From: Candidatus Dojkabacteria bacterium
GTDB taxonomy: Archaea; Nanobdellota; Nanobdellia; Pacearchaeales; GW2011-AR1
Assembly (NCBI GenBank): GCA_017610445.1
Contig: JAFCCB010000001.1
Coordinates: 1 to 48,246, forward strand
Direction: 5' to 3'
Length of the DNA: 48,246 bases
Of the stretch, positions 9,101-17,706 are shown in pieces (position 1 is the first letter of the stretch; each line of letters opens with the position of its first letter). Position numbers and translations under genes: made by a program. The notes beneath the pieces are model-generated. The model saw only the letters and a program-made list of their open reading frames with translations. It ran no database searches and was not told the DNA's origin.

Positions 9101-10169
9101 TTTCATTAGAATTAAATACAATTTCAGGAATAAATTTAGTGGCAGAATTAGTTTTGTCCAGTCCTAACATAAATTCCCTGCTGTCTTTTCTTAATAAAAT
9201 AGCATAAACAATATTTTCACGCCGAGTATCTTTTCTAATAGTTGGATTATAACCAAATTTATTTTTGATATAATTACAAATCCAATCAATAACTTGTTTA
9301 TTAGAATTAGAAATAGAAAAAGGATTACTACTTCCTTCTGCAACAAAAAAACCTAAAAAATAAGCATCATCACAAGATAACCCCTTATTCTCATCAATAA
9401 TATCTAACTTATTCGGAAAAGCAATAATTTCCCCTTTTTTTAATTCCTTAGTTTTTTTCCATAAAAAGCCATTATCAAAGTTTAATAATTGATGATTACC
9501 TGTAATTTTCAAAACTCTCCCTCTTTCAGTTTGAACTTTAAAAATCTTTTTAACTTTTTCACGATAAATATGTGAAGCAGGCAAAATTTCATAATTTTTC
9601 CTATTAAAACAAAGAACCTTAACAGTATTTAAAGGGACAGCAGTTCCCTCTTCAAAATTAAATTCATTTTTTTTATTATATTTTTCATAAACTTCCTGAA
9701 TCTGTTCTAAATGCATTGAATCATTAAAATAATTAACAAAAGTATCTTTAGTGATGCATTTCCCACTCCCATAAGCGCCAAAAGCTTCTGTAATTGCTTT
9801 AGTCTCAACACCTCTTCCTCCCAAAAGATTATCAAATTCCTTGCTTCCTGTGGTAATATGAAAAATTTCCTCTCTTTTCTGCGCAAACTCAAGCCCATCT
9901 TGAAATCCTAAATCCATCATTTTTCGAGAAGCCTGAATAGCTTTTCTCGCAACACTTTCTCCTAAACCAGCCATTACACTTAATTCCTTAGGACTTAAAA
10001 CAGCAATCCCCATTAAATCAAATATTCCTGCACTTTCTAATTTTTCAGCAGCAGCAGGCCCAACACCAGGCAAATCAGAAATTTTCATTTTATCAGAAGT
10101 TTTCTTTATATTTTTCTTAAAGTTTTTTTTCTTAGAGATAACTTCATCTTTTTTCTTTTTTTCAACCAT
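6150..10169 (-). CDS. radA: DNA repair recombinase RadA containing two inteins (extein about 341 aa)
   Basis: DLPGVG HhH, ITTGS..FD.LLGG, Walker A GAYGSGK|TQ, IDTEGTFRPER, IIDSLTAHFRAEF, PIGGNIVGHA|STFRL. Confidence 0.97.
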   Translation of the reverse strand: MVEKKKKDEVISKKKNFKKNIKKTSDKMKISDLPGVGPAAAEKLESAGIFDLMGIAVLSPKELSVMAGLGESVARKAIQASRKMMDLGFQDGLEFAQKREEIFHITTGSKEFDNLLGGRGVETKAITEAFGAYGSGKCITKDTFVNYFNDSMHLEQIQEVYEKYNKKNEFNFEEGTAVPLNTVKVLCFNRKNYEILPASHIYREKVKKIFKVQTERGRVLKITGNHQLLNFDNGFLWKKTKELKKGEIIAFPNKLDIIDENKGLSCDDAYFLGFFVAEGSSNPFSISNSNKQVIDWICNYIKNKFGYNPTIRKDTRRENIVYAILLRKDSREFMLGLDKTNSATKFIPEIVFNSNEKIITSFLAGYIEGDGEISKRSLSVTTKSQKLAIQLNYLFLRLGVATTVRTKIIEGVEFYIIFVVGESRLKFNDFPFKFKRANYFQINSKYGYPKQIISFLRKVYSETIGGNRGRHRKEIGKINSDSMAYRHLTRENIVENMNSKTFNIMKLLFLEGKRSMDNLIKEVLGNEFDFDLLKKIFDKLPFAFSFLANQIGIKKSSIRNYNLRKIPENRKEILKRALLGELIIRKNKLEKVLDLMDSLEDFKWDKITEIKEIDYDDYVYDFVVPFGHSFIGGNMPTFMHNTQLGLSLAVNVQLPAEMGGCEGKAVFIDTEGTFRPERVRQIAEAKGMNSENVLKNILVARAFNSDHQMLLIDKIGEMIKDGEDIKLVIIDSLTAHFRAEFGGRGQLADRQQKLNKYLHNLMKIAEQFNLGVYVTNQVMSNPAMMFGDPTTPIGGNIVGHACLTGDSLIQLADGSIKEIKDMKQDNIISGNFQKLNFEKTDSELVFVNPNVDREYKIQTTNEINCSKLHRFFAIENFSLVEKEAKDLKERDFIAQIGRIEINGEEQKLPLKNIERVGRISKKSAKKIKEKLIEGNVLRKEICRKIGITSRQFRRVLNQNYSTSISVLSNLKNCFNGLQLEMIPVQTHKHRDLSIPSVMNSELAQVCGYFIGDGNFELRGLRFRDERFEVLEQYRILFKNLFNIKGRISKMSSKNCFTLNINSKEISDFFKLFMPDILNIIAKSKNDVVGSFIKGFVDAEGHINKKRARISVAQKEKQILRYLQLFLLRFGIRSFLRFDVGKKKMSVLSIRDRSVKDYLQIGFSALDKQKRLLDCVNYCDSTYKREMMPIKRKDVWDLLKEAGLQPSLIIRSRQENYQWINRRELNKVLNSLMNIEIKDRQIKQKIEFIFKLLKSDFRFEKIRKIKISENGGRKLFYDFSVPKNENYIANGFVVHNSTFRLYIRRGRKGSRVAKLIDSPNLPDNECVFWIGKKGLSDKED
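6285..7766 (-). mobile_element. Intein 2 in RadA (494 aa) with LAGLIDADG homing endonuclease
   Basis: Starts CLTGD after GHA and ends VVHN|S; motifs VCGYFIGDG and FIKGFVDAEG. Confidence 0.93.
8247..9758 (-). mobile_element. Intein 1 in RadA (504 aa) with LAGLIDADG homing endonuclease
   Basis: Starts CITKD directly after the P-loop Lys and ends FMHN|T; motifs FLGFFVAEG and FLAGYIEGDG. Confidence 0.93.
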
Positions 10170-10170
10170 T

Positions 10171-10455
10171 TTAAGCAGCTGACCTTCCCTTTACTTCACG
10201 AATAAATTGAACTAATCCCCTTTTTCCAAAAAATCTTTCAGGTTCTAACTTCAAAGAATTATCCTTACTAACACGAACATTAATGGGAAAATAGTTTTTT
10301 TCTATACTAGGAGGCATTCCAAAAAATTCATAATCTGTTCCTCTCTTTAATCCCATATCATTAAGCCTCTTTTCTGTACTTTTAAGTAAACCAACATATT
10401 TCTCATTATTAGCAATAAGAATAGCAATGGGAATTGTTTCTTGAACCATATTCAA
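10171..10455 (-). CDS. Hypothetical protein, abutting the radA start
   Basis: 94-aa ORF whose stop is 1 nt before the radA ATG. Confidence 0.6.
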   Translation of the reverse strand: MNMVQETIPIAILIANNEKYVGLLKSTEKRLNDMGLKRGTDYEFFGMPPSIEKNYFPINVRVSKDNSLKLEPERFFGKRGLVQFIREVKGRSAA

Positions 10456-10518
10456 TTATAGCTTATTTGTTTTATAAGCATTACTCCTTTTTGTCATATA
10501 TGTCAAAACAATCTATTT

Positions 10519-10971
10519 TTAAAACACCAAATTCAGAATAATCAAAAGAACATCTAATAAGACCACACCAACAAATATGCTATCTTCAATTCGCCCGCCA
10601 GTTGCTACAAATCCTCTGCTCTTTCCTTTTAATGGCCAAAATGGTTGTATCCCTTCTTTTGTAAAAGAATCACAGATTAAATGAACAGAATAACCTGTAA
10701 AAAATCCTAAACTTCCAACAGGCCAAAACATAGCTAAAATAATTGAAATCACTGTTACAAAGGTAAAACTATGAATCACCCCTCGATGCTTAACAAAAAA
10801 TTGCAATGGCCTAAAAATTAAATGCCTGCCCCAGCTTGAAAAACAAGTATCTAAATCAGGCAGAATAGTAGCCAGCAAAACCATCCCAATAAAAATCATT
10901 TTACTATTAACATGCTGAACAAACAGCACGATTACAAGAATTGCAAAAGCTAAATGAGTTCTGAGTAACAT
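10519..10971 (-). CDS. YdjM-like membrane-bound metal-dependent hydrolase
   Basis: RTH, LPDLD, HRGVIHS, HLICD, GIQPFWP motifs. Confidence 0.88.
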   Translation of the reverse strand: MLLRTHLAFAILVIVLFVQHVNSKMIFIGMVLLATILPDLDTCFSSWGRHLIFRPLQFFVKHRGVIHSFTFVTVISIILAMFWPVGSLGFFTGYSVHLICDSFTKEGIQPFWPLKGKSRGFVATGGRIEDSIFVGVVLLDVLLIILNLVF

Positions 10972-11051
10972 TTTATTCCTTTATCCTTTTTTAATTATAA
11001 CTGTAATTTATAAAATTAGATAACCAATTCAATAACTCTAAATCTACCATC

Positions 11052-11150
11052 TTAAATAGAAGTGATTATCCCATAAATTAATATGGCAAGGGCAAAAATT
11101 CCCATAGCCCAAGCAAGATAATATAAAATCTGCTTTATTGATTCTTTCAT
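11052..11150 (-). CDS. 32-aa single-TM small protein (not in ORF track)
   Basis: MKESIKQILYYLAWAMGIFALAILIYGIITSI*, preceded by a GAGGTG Shine-Dalgarno. Confidence 0.55.
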   Translation of the reverse strand: MKESIKQILYYLAWAMGIFALAILIYGIITSI

Positions 11151-11321
11151 TTTACACCTCTTTTGTAAAATTATTAAATTTTTAATATTAATAAATTTAT
11201 TGCTTTTTTGAGAAAAATATGTATAAGCATTTATTTATTCAAAATTATCATAAAAAGGCATAAAAGATAATAAAAATCCGCCAAGTCCACCGAGGAAACT
11301 TCCAACAACCACGCCCTATAA

Positions 11322-11507
11322 TTATAGTAATTCTAGGAGTTTACAAAATTCTGGGAGTTTATAAAAGAGATACCCACCACCAATAGCAGATACAACTGTA
11401 CAAGCAGGGATAATATAAAAAGGAGCATAAACAACCATATAATCCAAAAAATTCATATCAAGTTTAGTTGAATGTCCTTTTTTGACTACATTCAAAATAT
11501 ATTTCAC
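11322..11507 (-). CDS. Small membrane protein, possibly truncated
   Basis: Overlaps the RPA stop; a hydrophobic Gly-rich reading continues in frame after two stops. Confidence 0.4.
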   Translation of the reverse strand: MKYILNVVKKGHSTKLDMNFLDYMVVYAPFYIIPACTVVSAIGGGYLFYKLPEFCKLLELL

Positions 11508-12439
11508 TTCTCCAACTCTTCAATCAACTTATCAACCTCAACCTCTTTAATATCATCAACAATAAATTCATTATTATTAAACATCCTATTCTTTCTAACC
11601 TGCCCTGAAATAATTAATTCCTCCCCTAAAAGCTCTTGTTTTTTAACAGCAAATAATTCAGGGCTTTCTATTTCTGTTTTGCCGATTAATTTCCCAACTT
11701 GCTCAGAAAACATAACTGCCCTGATTGAATCACTTCCGTCATCAATAATAAAATTCAGTAAAACTCTCTTTTCAGGAACAACTTTTCCATGCTCTGCACA
11801 CTCGCTTAACTCATTAACTTTTTTCTTGCAATTCGGGCAAACCTCAAAAAATCTCGGCTCAAAAATACTGACAATAAAGGCTCTGGCAGAAACATTATCA
11901 TTTGTATTAAAATCCAAAATTTTCTTATTAACAGTTGCCTTTTCCAAAACAACAGATTTAATCACATGATTAGAGTTTTTAATCTCAGAAAAACTGCCCA
12001 AATGCAACTCTCCATTTTTAATTGTTGCATTATTAATTTCAACAATCCCACTCTTTATAATCTGTCCTTTAACAATTAAATCTATATGATTCTCATCCCA
12101 CAAAACTACCCTTATGTTGCTTGTATCATCTGCTAAAACAAAACTTGCAACTCTCCCGCTTCTGCCATTCTTATTAAACTCCCTGACAGGAAATAAGTCT
12201 ATTATCTTGCCGATTAAATTTATTTTTTTCATTCCAGGAACAATTTGAGAAATCTTAATCATTTGTTTGTCAAAATTAACTCCAAGTTCAGCAGCAACAA
12301 CCTGTGCAGCTCCCTCCTTGCTAATTAACCCTGAAAGTTTAGCCTGTTTAGCCTCCACTCTTCTCTTAATATCTTCAACAGAATTCCCAGAACTCTCTGA
12401 AATCAATTCAACTAATTGCAAATAATTTCCTTCCATCAT
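11504..12439 (-). CDS. rpa: Replication protein A (OB-fold ssDNA-binding protein)
   Basis: LSGLISKEGAA N-terminus, LADDTSNIRVVLW OB fold, CPNC..C..H zinc site, IDDGSDSIRAV second OB fold. Confidence 0.85.
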   Translation of the reverse strand: MMEGNYLQLVELISESSGNSVEDIKRRVEAKQAKLSGLISKEGAAQVVAAELGVNFDKQMIKISQIVPGMKKINLIGKIIDLFPVREFNKNGRSGRVASFVLADDTSNIRVVLWDENHIDLIVKGQIIKSGIVEINNATIKNGELHLGSFSEIKNSNHVIKSVVLEKATVNKKILDFNTNDNVSARAFIVSIFEPRFFEVCPNCKKKVNELSECAEHGKVVPEKRVLLNFIIDDGSDSIRAVMFSEQVGKLIGKTEIESPELFAVKKQELLGEELIISGQVRKNRMFNNNEFIVDDIKEVEVDKLIEELEK

Positions 12440-12644
12440 AACTCCTCTTTAATATCACCGTGAAGTAGTTTTTCTACTCCTAACTTAATTTCTTTCTTCT
12501 TAATGTTCTCTTTTTAAAGAAAAAAGTATTTTCTAAAAAGAGATTTAGTTTTATAAGTATTATGTTAATAAGAAATACTCAATCAAACCATCTTAATAAA
12601 CTTCAAAACAATAACTTTATAAATCACTTTTTCAAAATATAATT

Positions 12645-12917
12645 ATGGGAACTGCACTCATTAAAATAAAAATAATGCCAAACTCCCCAGATGCAGATTT
12701 AGAGATAATAAAAAATCAGGCAAAAAAAATAATTTTAGAAAAACAAGGACAAAACCCAAAAACAGAAACACAATCTATTGCATTTGGTTTAAATGCAGTC
12801 ATTATCACATTTGCATTAGATGAATCAAAATCAGTAGATGAAATCCAAAATCAATTAAAAAAAATTGAAAATACAAGTTCTGCTGAAGTCATCGATTTTC
12901 GCAGAGCTTTTGGTTAA
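12645..12917 (+). CDS. ef1b: Elongation factor 1-beta
   Basis: KIMPNSPDADL...IAFGLNA...SAEV. Confidence 0.92.
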   Translation: MGTALIKIKIMPNSPDADLEIIKNQAKKIILEKQGQNPKTETQSIAFGLNAVIITFALDESKSVDEIQNQLKKIENTSSAEVIDFRRAFG

Positions 12918-12920
12918 AAA

Positions 12921-13538
12921 ATGGCATTAACTAAAGAACAAGCTTCTAAAATTAAACAACAACTTCTTCAGCAAGTTGATAAATTACCCCAGGAAAACAA
13001 AGAGCAGATTAAACAGCAGATTTCTCAATTAAATGAAAAAGAATTAGAAGAGTTTTTAAAACAGAACAAAATTCAAATCCCACAAGGACAAACACAGCCT
13101 AAACAAACTCAGTGCATTTTCTGCTCAATCATAAAAAATGAAACCCCAAATTACAAAATAGCAGAAAACAAAAAAGCAATTGCAATTCTTGAAATTAATC
13201 CTCTAACAAAAGGACATTCAATAATAATTCCTATTAAACATACAACTCTTGAAAAAATACCAAAATCAGCTTTAACCTTGGCTCAAAAAATTGCAAAAAA
13301 AATCAAAACAAAACTCAAACCAGAAGATATAAAAATTGAAACTTCAAGTTTCCAGGGACATGCAATAATTAATGTAATTCCTTTTTACAAAAATGTTCCT
13401 CCAAAAAAAACAAAAGCATCTGAAAAAGAACTAAAAAAACTCCAGTCTATTTTAGAAACAAAAAAGAGAAGTCCAAGAAAACCCAAGGAAATAATTTCTC
13501 CAAAAAAACTGCAGGAAATAAATTTTAGAATTCCTTAA
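12921..13538 (+). CDS. HIT family protein with N-terminal Gln-rich helical extension and degenerate triad
   Basis: CIFCSII, LEINPLTKGHSIIIPIKH; the HxHxH triad reads HAIIN. Confidence 0.78.
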   Translation: MALTKEQASKIKQQLLQQVDKLPQENKEQIKQQISQLNEKELEEFLKQNKIQIPQGQTQPKQTQCIFCSIIKNETPNYKIAENKKAIAILEINPLTKGHSIIIPIKHTTLEKIPKSALTLAQKIAKKIKTKLKPEDIKIETSSFQGHAIINVIPFYKNVPPKKTKASEKELKKLQSILETKKRSPRKPKEIISPKKLQEINFRIP

Positions 13539-13843
13539 TTCTTTATTTTCATTATAGCTAGGATTATCCCACCTACATCAACTAGTCCTGCCCCAAGCCC
13601 CATACTCTTTCCAGTAACAAGGACCAAAATTAAATCTATCGTGAATACTACTATCAACAATATATAACTCCACTTCTTAAACATGATAATCCCAATCAAA
13701 CAAATAATATAGGCAACTAAAAAGAACAGATAAAATAAAAAAGCATCATCTAAAAAATAGGATACTGAAATAATCTAACCAAAAATTCTTATAGCTAAAA
13801 GAATAATCAAAACTATACTCATCCAATCAAACTTTTTCTTCAT
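13535..13843 (-). pseudogene. Multi-TM membrane protein interrupted by one in-frame TAG (codon 23, 13775-13777)
   Basis: MKKKFDWMSIVLIILLAIRIFG*IISVSYFLDDAFLFYLFFLVAYIICLIGIIMFKKWSY...GGIILAIMKIKN* in one frame. Confidence 0.65.
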
Positions 13844-13976
13844 AAGTGAGCAGGGTATACTAAATTTATGAATTCTTTCATTAATTAAAAAAGGAATCTT
13901 AATCAATATCTTCTTAAAATATCAAGCTACTCATCAACTCATCTTAAAATCTAATAAAATTATAAAAAAACAAATT

Positions 13977-14822
13977 TCAAAACACCCACCAAAATTTCCA
14001 CATTAAAAACAACAAACCAACAAAACCCAATAAAAACGAGGGTGTAAAAGGAATTCCATATTTAATCAAAATCTTTTTCTTGCTTTTCTTAATCATCCCA
14101 AGTTCCCTTCTAGAAACCCCCTGCCAATCTAATTTTATTTTCCTTCCTTTAATAAAAATATCTTTATACAGCCAATCTCCCTGTGTAACTTTTTCTGCAC
14201 TAACAGATTTAACCAAACAACTTTCCTCAACAGATTTTGCAAAAATAAACAGCACAGGAAATAATAAAATAACTAATCCAATTAAAATAAATCTAATCTG
14301 ACTGATAAAAAAAACAAATACCCCCCACAATAAAACAAAAACCAAACTAATCAAAAACATTTTTTCATATTTCCCCCACTGCCTTAAAAATTCTTTGGAA
14401 AAAATTTTCCAATTGACAATCACCAGAAAAAAAGAATAAATTAAAGCATAAACACTCCCTCCTGCTAAAAACATTAAAATAAAATACCCAAAAATTTTCA
14501 GATTAATCAACCAGTTAAAACTCAAAGGTAAAATTACTCCTAAAGCCATTAATAATTTAGCATCCCCCCCTGCAAACATCCTGCTATAATAAAATAAATT
14601 TCCTAAAATAAAAAATACCCCTAACCCAATCAAACCATTTAAAACAAACCAATAATTCCAACCCCAAACACTAATAACAAGCCGATAAACAAGAGCAAAT
14701 CCAATCAAACTGAAATTCCACAGATTATCAACCTCCCTCCGCTTCATATCCTGAAAAACAGCCCCTACAATCCAAACCAATCCCAAAACAATCAAAAACA
14801 AATTCTCAAAATTAATTAACAT
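13977..14822 (-). CDS. A24 family prepilin peptidase (PibD/FlaK-like)
   Basis: QDMKRREV first Asp, AGGDAKLL, GIPFTPSF, multi-TM. Confidence 0.9.
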   Translation of the reverse strand: MLINFENLFLIVLGLVWIVGAVFQDMKRREVDNLWNFSLIGFALVYRLVISVWGWNYWFVLNGLIGLGVFFILGNLFYYSRMFAGGDAKLLMALGVILPLSFNWLINLKIFGYFILMFLAGGSVYALIYSFFLVIVNWKIFSKEFLRQWGKYEKMFLISLVFVLLWGVFVFFISQIRFILIGLVILLFPVLFIFAKSVEESCLVKSVSAEKVTQGDWLYKDIFIKGRKIKLDWQGVSRRELGMIKKSKKKILIKYGIPFTPSFLLGFVGLLFLMWKFWWVF

Positions 14823-14890
14823 TTTTCAACCTCATTATTAAATAACAAAAACCATTAATAAATATTCTTATCTCAATATGCTCTCAAAAA

Positions 14891-15226
14891 TTATGCAATT
14901 GCAGGCAACTCTATTTTAGAATCTTTTAATAATGGCCCAACTGCTAATTCTACATCTAATCTTATAAGATGTCTTACGAATAAATTATCAGTATTTAATT
15001 TATAAAGCTCAGACTTTCCCTGTCTTCTTGTTCTTATAACAATCTTATTTTTAATAAAATCATCAAAAAAAGAAATCAAAGAATTATAACTAACATTAGA
15101 ACCTCTTGCAATCTCCGTCATATTATAATCAAAAAGTTTATTATCAATTAAAAAATCTAAAACTCTCAATTTAGGAGTATCCCCTAAACTTTTCAAAAAT
15201 GGCGACATAGTTTGTTTTTTTTTCAT
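14891..15226 (-). CDS. Winged HTH protein (ArsR-like), regulator or antitoxin
   Basis: GDTPKLRVLDFL...YNMTEIARGSNVS...TRRQGKSELYKLN. Confidence 0.75.
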   Translation of the reverse strand: MKKKQTMSPFLKSLGDTPKLRVLDFLIDNKLFDYNMTEIARGSNVSYNSLISFFDDFIKNKIVIRTRRQGKSELYKLNTDNLFVRHLIRLDVELAVGPLLKDSKIELPAIA

Positions 15227-15329
15227 TTTATGGTGTAATTACAATACCTGTTTATTTAAATGTTTCCATCCTAACTATTTAAACTATCAAACATAGAAAT
15301 ATTTATAAAATTCATTTTCTTAACAAAAT

Positions 15330-15584
15330 ATGGAAAAAGAACTGATAAAAGCAGAAATTATGCTAAAACTTACAAAAAAGAATAATTGGGGGGCTTGCTA
15401 TGATAGATTAGAACATTTTAAAAGATTTCCAGATTTAAAAAAAATCATAAAAGAATTAGAAAAAAAATTTTGGATTATAATTCATAAAAAACCAAATTAT
15501 ACTGCAATATCATTAAATACCAAATATAAAAGAGAAATTGCAGAATTTATTTATGAACAAATAAAGATTCACTATAAAATTTAA
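15330..15584 (+). CDS. Small basic hypothetical protein, divergent from the wHTH gene
   Basis: 84-aa ORF with a TTTATAAA box about 20 nt upstream. Confidence 0.65.
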   Translation: MEKELIKAEIMLKLTKKNNWGACYDRLEHFKRFPDLKKIIKELEKKFWIIIHKKPNYTAISLNTKYKREIAEFIYEQIKIHYKI

Positions 15585-15689
15585 AAAACTTTCCTCTTAT
15601 TTCAATATCTTATAAAACAATTAGCTATCCAATCAGTTTATCAAGCCATACATCCATTAACCCAGTTCAAAAATTTGCAGATTATTAAA

Positions 15690-15723
15690 TGACATCCTTT
15701 CCACACTAAAGTGTGAAGTTTCC
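15690..15723 (-). mobile_element. Possible orphan IS200/IS605-type right-end hairpin
   Basis: Minus strand GGAAACTTCACAC-TTTA-GTGTGGAAAGGATGTCA; no intact tnpA/tnpB nearby. Confidence 0.4.
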
Positions 15724-15970
15724 TTTTTAATATCTGTTTACAATTTTTAGCTACATAAAACAGAGCTTAAGATTCTCATCTACTCAAAGTTTTGCACATT
15801 ATTGATACCATATCATAAATGATATGGACTTCTCCTGTATTTTAAATAAATCATCCAGAAACCTTCTTTTTTTTCACTCTCTGACTTCCGCCTTTTTTAT
15901 ATCTATTATATCTTCTTTTAGCTCGTTTATCTGTTTTTGTTTTTCGCCTTTGAGGATTTGCATATTCCAT

Positions 15971-16267
15971 TTAACAAATCACCTCAGAACAATCCAGAAC
16001 GCAATTTCCCTTTAATAAATCATCCTGACAACTAACCCCTGCATCTTTTATTTCACAGCAATAATCATAAGAGTTTTCTAACTCACACTGAACTTCACAA
16101 GATTTTCTTGCCTGTGAAATCTCACTTCCTAAAATTGCTCCAATCTGAGTTTTAAAATTATCCCAGCCCATCACCAAAATAGCAATTAATCCAATTAAAA
16201 CAGCAATTCCTAAAATCATTAAAATTATTGTTGAAATCGCTAATTCCAGGCCTTTTTTATTTTTCAT
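15971..16267 (-). CDS. Type IV pilin-like protein, Cys-rich
   Basis: Class III signal MKNKKG|LELAISTIILMILG. Confidence 0.8.
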   Translation of the reverse strand: MKNKKGLELAISTIILMILGIAVLIGLIAILVMGWDNFKTQIGAILGSEISQARKSCEVQCELENSYDYCCEIKDAGVSCQDDLLKGNCVLDCSEVIC

Positions 16268-16382
16268 TTTAATATTTTATACCCCAAAATTATATCTTGA
16301 TTAGCTTAAGCTCTGCATTTTTAAAGTTTTATTTATAGAGTTACTAATATAAAATATAAGAAAAAATAGTTTTTAAATTATT

Positions 16383-16832
16383 CTAAGGTGTAGTAGTAGT
16401 TGTTATATCTTCAGCATTGCAAACATAACTTTCTATTTTTAAATCATCAATGTAATTTATTGTTTCCCCCTCTTCAGAACATTCTGCTTTTGCACTTTTT
16501 AAATCATCATAAAATCCGCACTTAATTGCCGGACATTCTTTAATTCCATACTGAGTTTTTTTCTTAGCCAAAACATAACAAGTAGTATCTTTTAATGTTT
16601 CATCTTCTGTTTTCAACTCTCTTTTCTCAGAACAAAAACCATATGTCTGCCCCATACTGCAGGCAATATCACACTGATTAACAATTGTATCAACATTATT
16701 AGAAGAAACAATCCAGCTTTTCATTTTACTCCATCCAACAGTAAATCCCAATACAAGAATAACTAAAACAATTATTCCTAATATTACTAAAATAATTGTT
16801 GTTACAGACAATCCTTGAGCTTTTTTATTCAT
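16383..16832 (-). CDS. Type IV pilin-like protein, Cys-rich
   Basis: MNKKA|QGLSVTTIILVILG; Cys pattern similar to 15971..16267. Confidence 0.8.
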   Translation of the reverse strand: MNKKAQGLSVTTIILVILGIIVLVILVLGFTVGWSKMKSWIVSSNNVDTIVNQCDIACSMGQTYGFCSEKRELKTEDETLKDTTCYVLAKKKTQYGIKECPAIKCGFYDDLKSAKAECSEEGETINYIDDLKIESYVCNAEDITTTTTP

Positions 16833-16835
16833 ATT

Positions 16836-16979
16836 CTAAATCACTCCTGTTATTAATAATATTCCCAATAAAACAGAAATTGCTCCGGTTATTATTAATA
16901 ATTTATATTTTTTAAATAAAATAGGCAATAAATTTATAACTATTATTGTTATTCCAATTATTGTATAAGATTCTACCAT
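16836..16979 (-). CDS. 47-aa two-TM small protein (not in ORF track)
   Basis: MVESYTIIGITIIVINLLPILFKKYKLLIITGAISVLLGILLITGVI*; ends 3 nt before the next ATG and supplies its GGAGTGA SD. Confidence 0.6.
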   Translation of the reverse strand: MVESYTIIGITIIVINLLPILFKKYKLLIITGAISVLLGILLITGVI

Positions 16980-16980
16980 T

Positions 16981-17097
16981 TTTAAATTCCTTCCCTGTTT
17001 TTAGGGAATTTAAATGCAAGAAATTTCCACAAAGGAAATTTCTGCACAGAAAATTGTTTCAAACAATTTTCTTGTGCTTGAAAATCTTTGATTTTCA
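16981..17097. repeat. Array of four tandem inverted repeats
   Basis: TTTAAATTCC..GGAATTTAAA; AGAAATTTCC-ACAAA-GGAAATTTCT; GAAAATTGTTT-C-AAACAATTTTC; TGAAAATC-TTT-GATTTTCA. Confidence 0.8.
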
Positions 17098-17102
17098 TTG
17101 TA

Positions 17103-17270
17103 TTATAATCCCTTTTGCACAACAAGTTTAATTAACTCAAATACAAGCCCCATACTTGTTATTAAACTGCCTAAATTTATTTTTCCAAAAGTTATAATAA
17201 CACCTCCACAAATTACTATAATCCCAAATATAATATCTAATAAATTAATTTGAGCTTTTTTATTCACCAT
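17103..17270 (-). CDS. 55-aa mini-pilin-like protein (not in ORF track)
   Basis: MVNKKA|QINLLDIIFGIIVICGGVIITFG...KGL*. Confidence 0.65.
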   Translation of the reverse strand: MVNKKAQINLLDIIFGIIVICGGVIITFGKINLGSLITSMGLVFELIKLVVQKGL

Positions 17271-17307
17271 TTTTATATTTTTATATAAACAAACATCTTT
17301 TTAAATC

Positions 17308-17706
17308 TTATGGGCTAAAAACATATTTAAATTTCAGAGAAACTTCCTGATTTTTATTTAAAATCTCTTTCTCAATAATAAAATTTCCTTTATCAGAGAT
17401 TACGTCAGCATAATTATCAGCACTGCCTGAAAGTTTAACACTCTCTGCTAAATCATAAATTTTTTGCAAATGATAAAAAGAATTTATTTTCCCTGATTTT
17501 TGTCTTTTTTCAGTCAAACTAAAATTAAGCAAAGCAATCATGCACAAAGCAATAACCCCTAATACTAAAATTGTTATTGCAATATCTGCTTTTTTATCAG
17601 TTAAAAGCAGATATTCTGATTTTGATTTAACTTTTCTCGGAAAAGTTATTTCTTTGTTCAAACTTGTCTTTCTAAGAAAGTTTGCAATATCCCCTTGTTT
17701 ATTCAT
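17308..17706 (-). CDS. Type IV pilin-like protein with an in-frame insert in its leader (start reassigned to MNKQG at 17706)
   Basis: MNKQG-DIA[35-aa insert ending DKKA-DIA]ITILVLGVIALC. Confidence 0.75.
   Translation of the reverse strand: MNKQGDIANFLRKTSLNKEITFPRKVKSKSEYLLLTDKKADIAITILVLGVIALCMIALLNFSLTEKRQKSGKINSFYHLQKIYDLAESVKLSGSADNYADVISDKGNFIIEKEILNKNQEVSLKFKYVFSP
17620..17685. repeat. 66-bp palindromic repeat, copy 1
   Basis: 65/66 identical to 21054..21119; stem TAACTTTTC-TCG-GAAAAGTTA. Confidence 0.92.

Noticed and set aside
13775..13777. In-frame TAG here (and TAA at 29531) as stop-codon recoding
   Set aside because: TAA, TAG and TGA all terminate conserved genes in this window. 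Both stops are one C-to-T change from Gln codons, so pseudogenisation is simpler.
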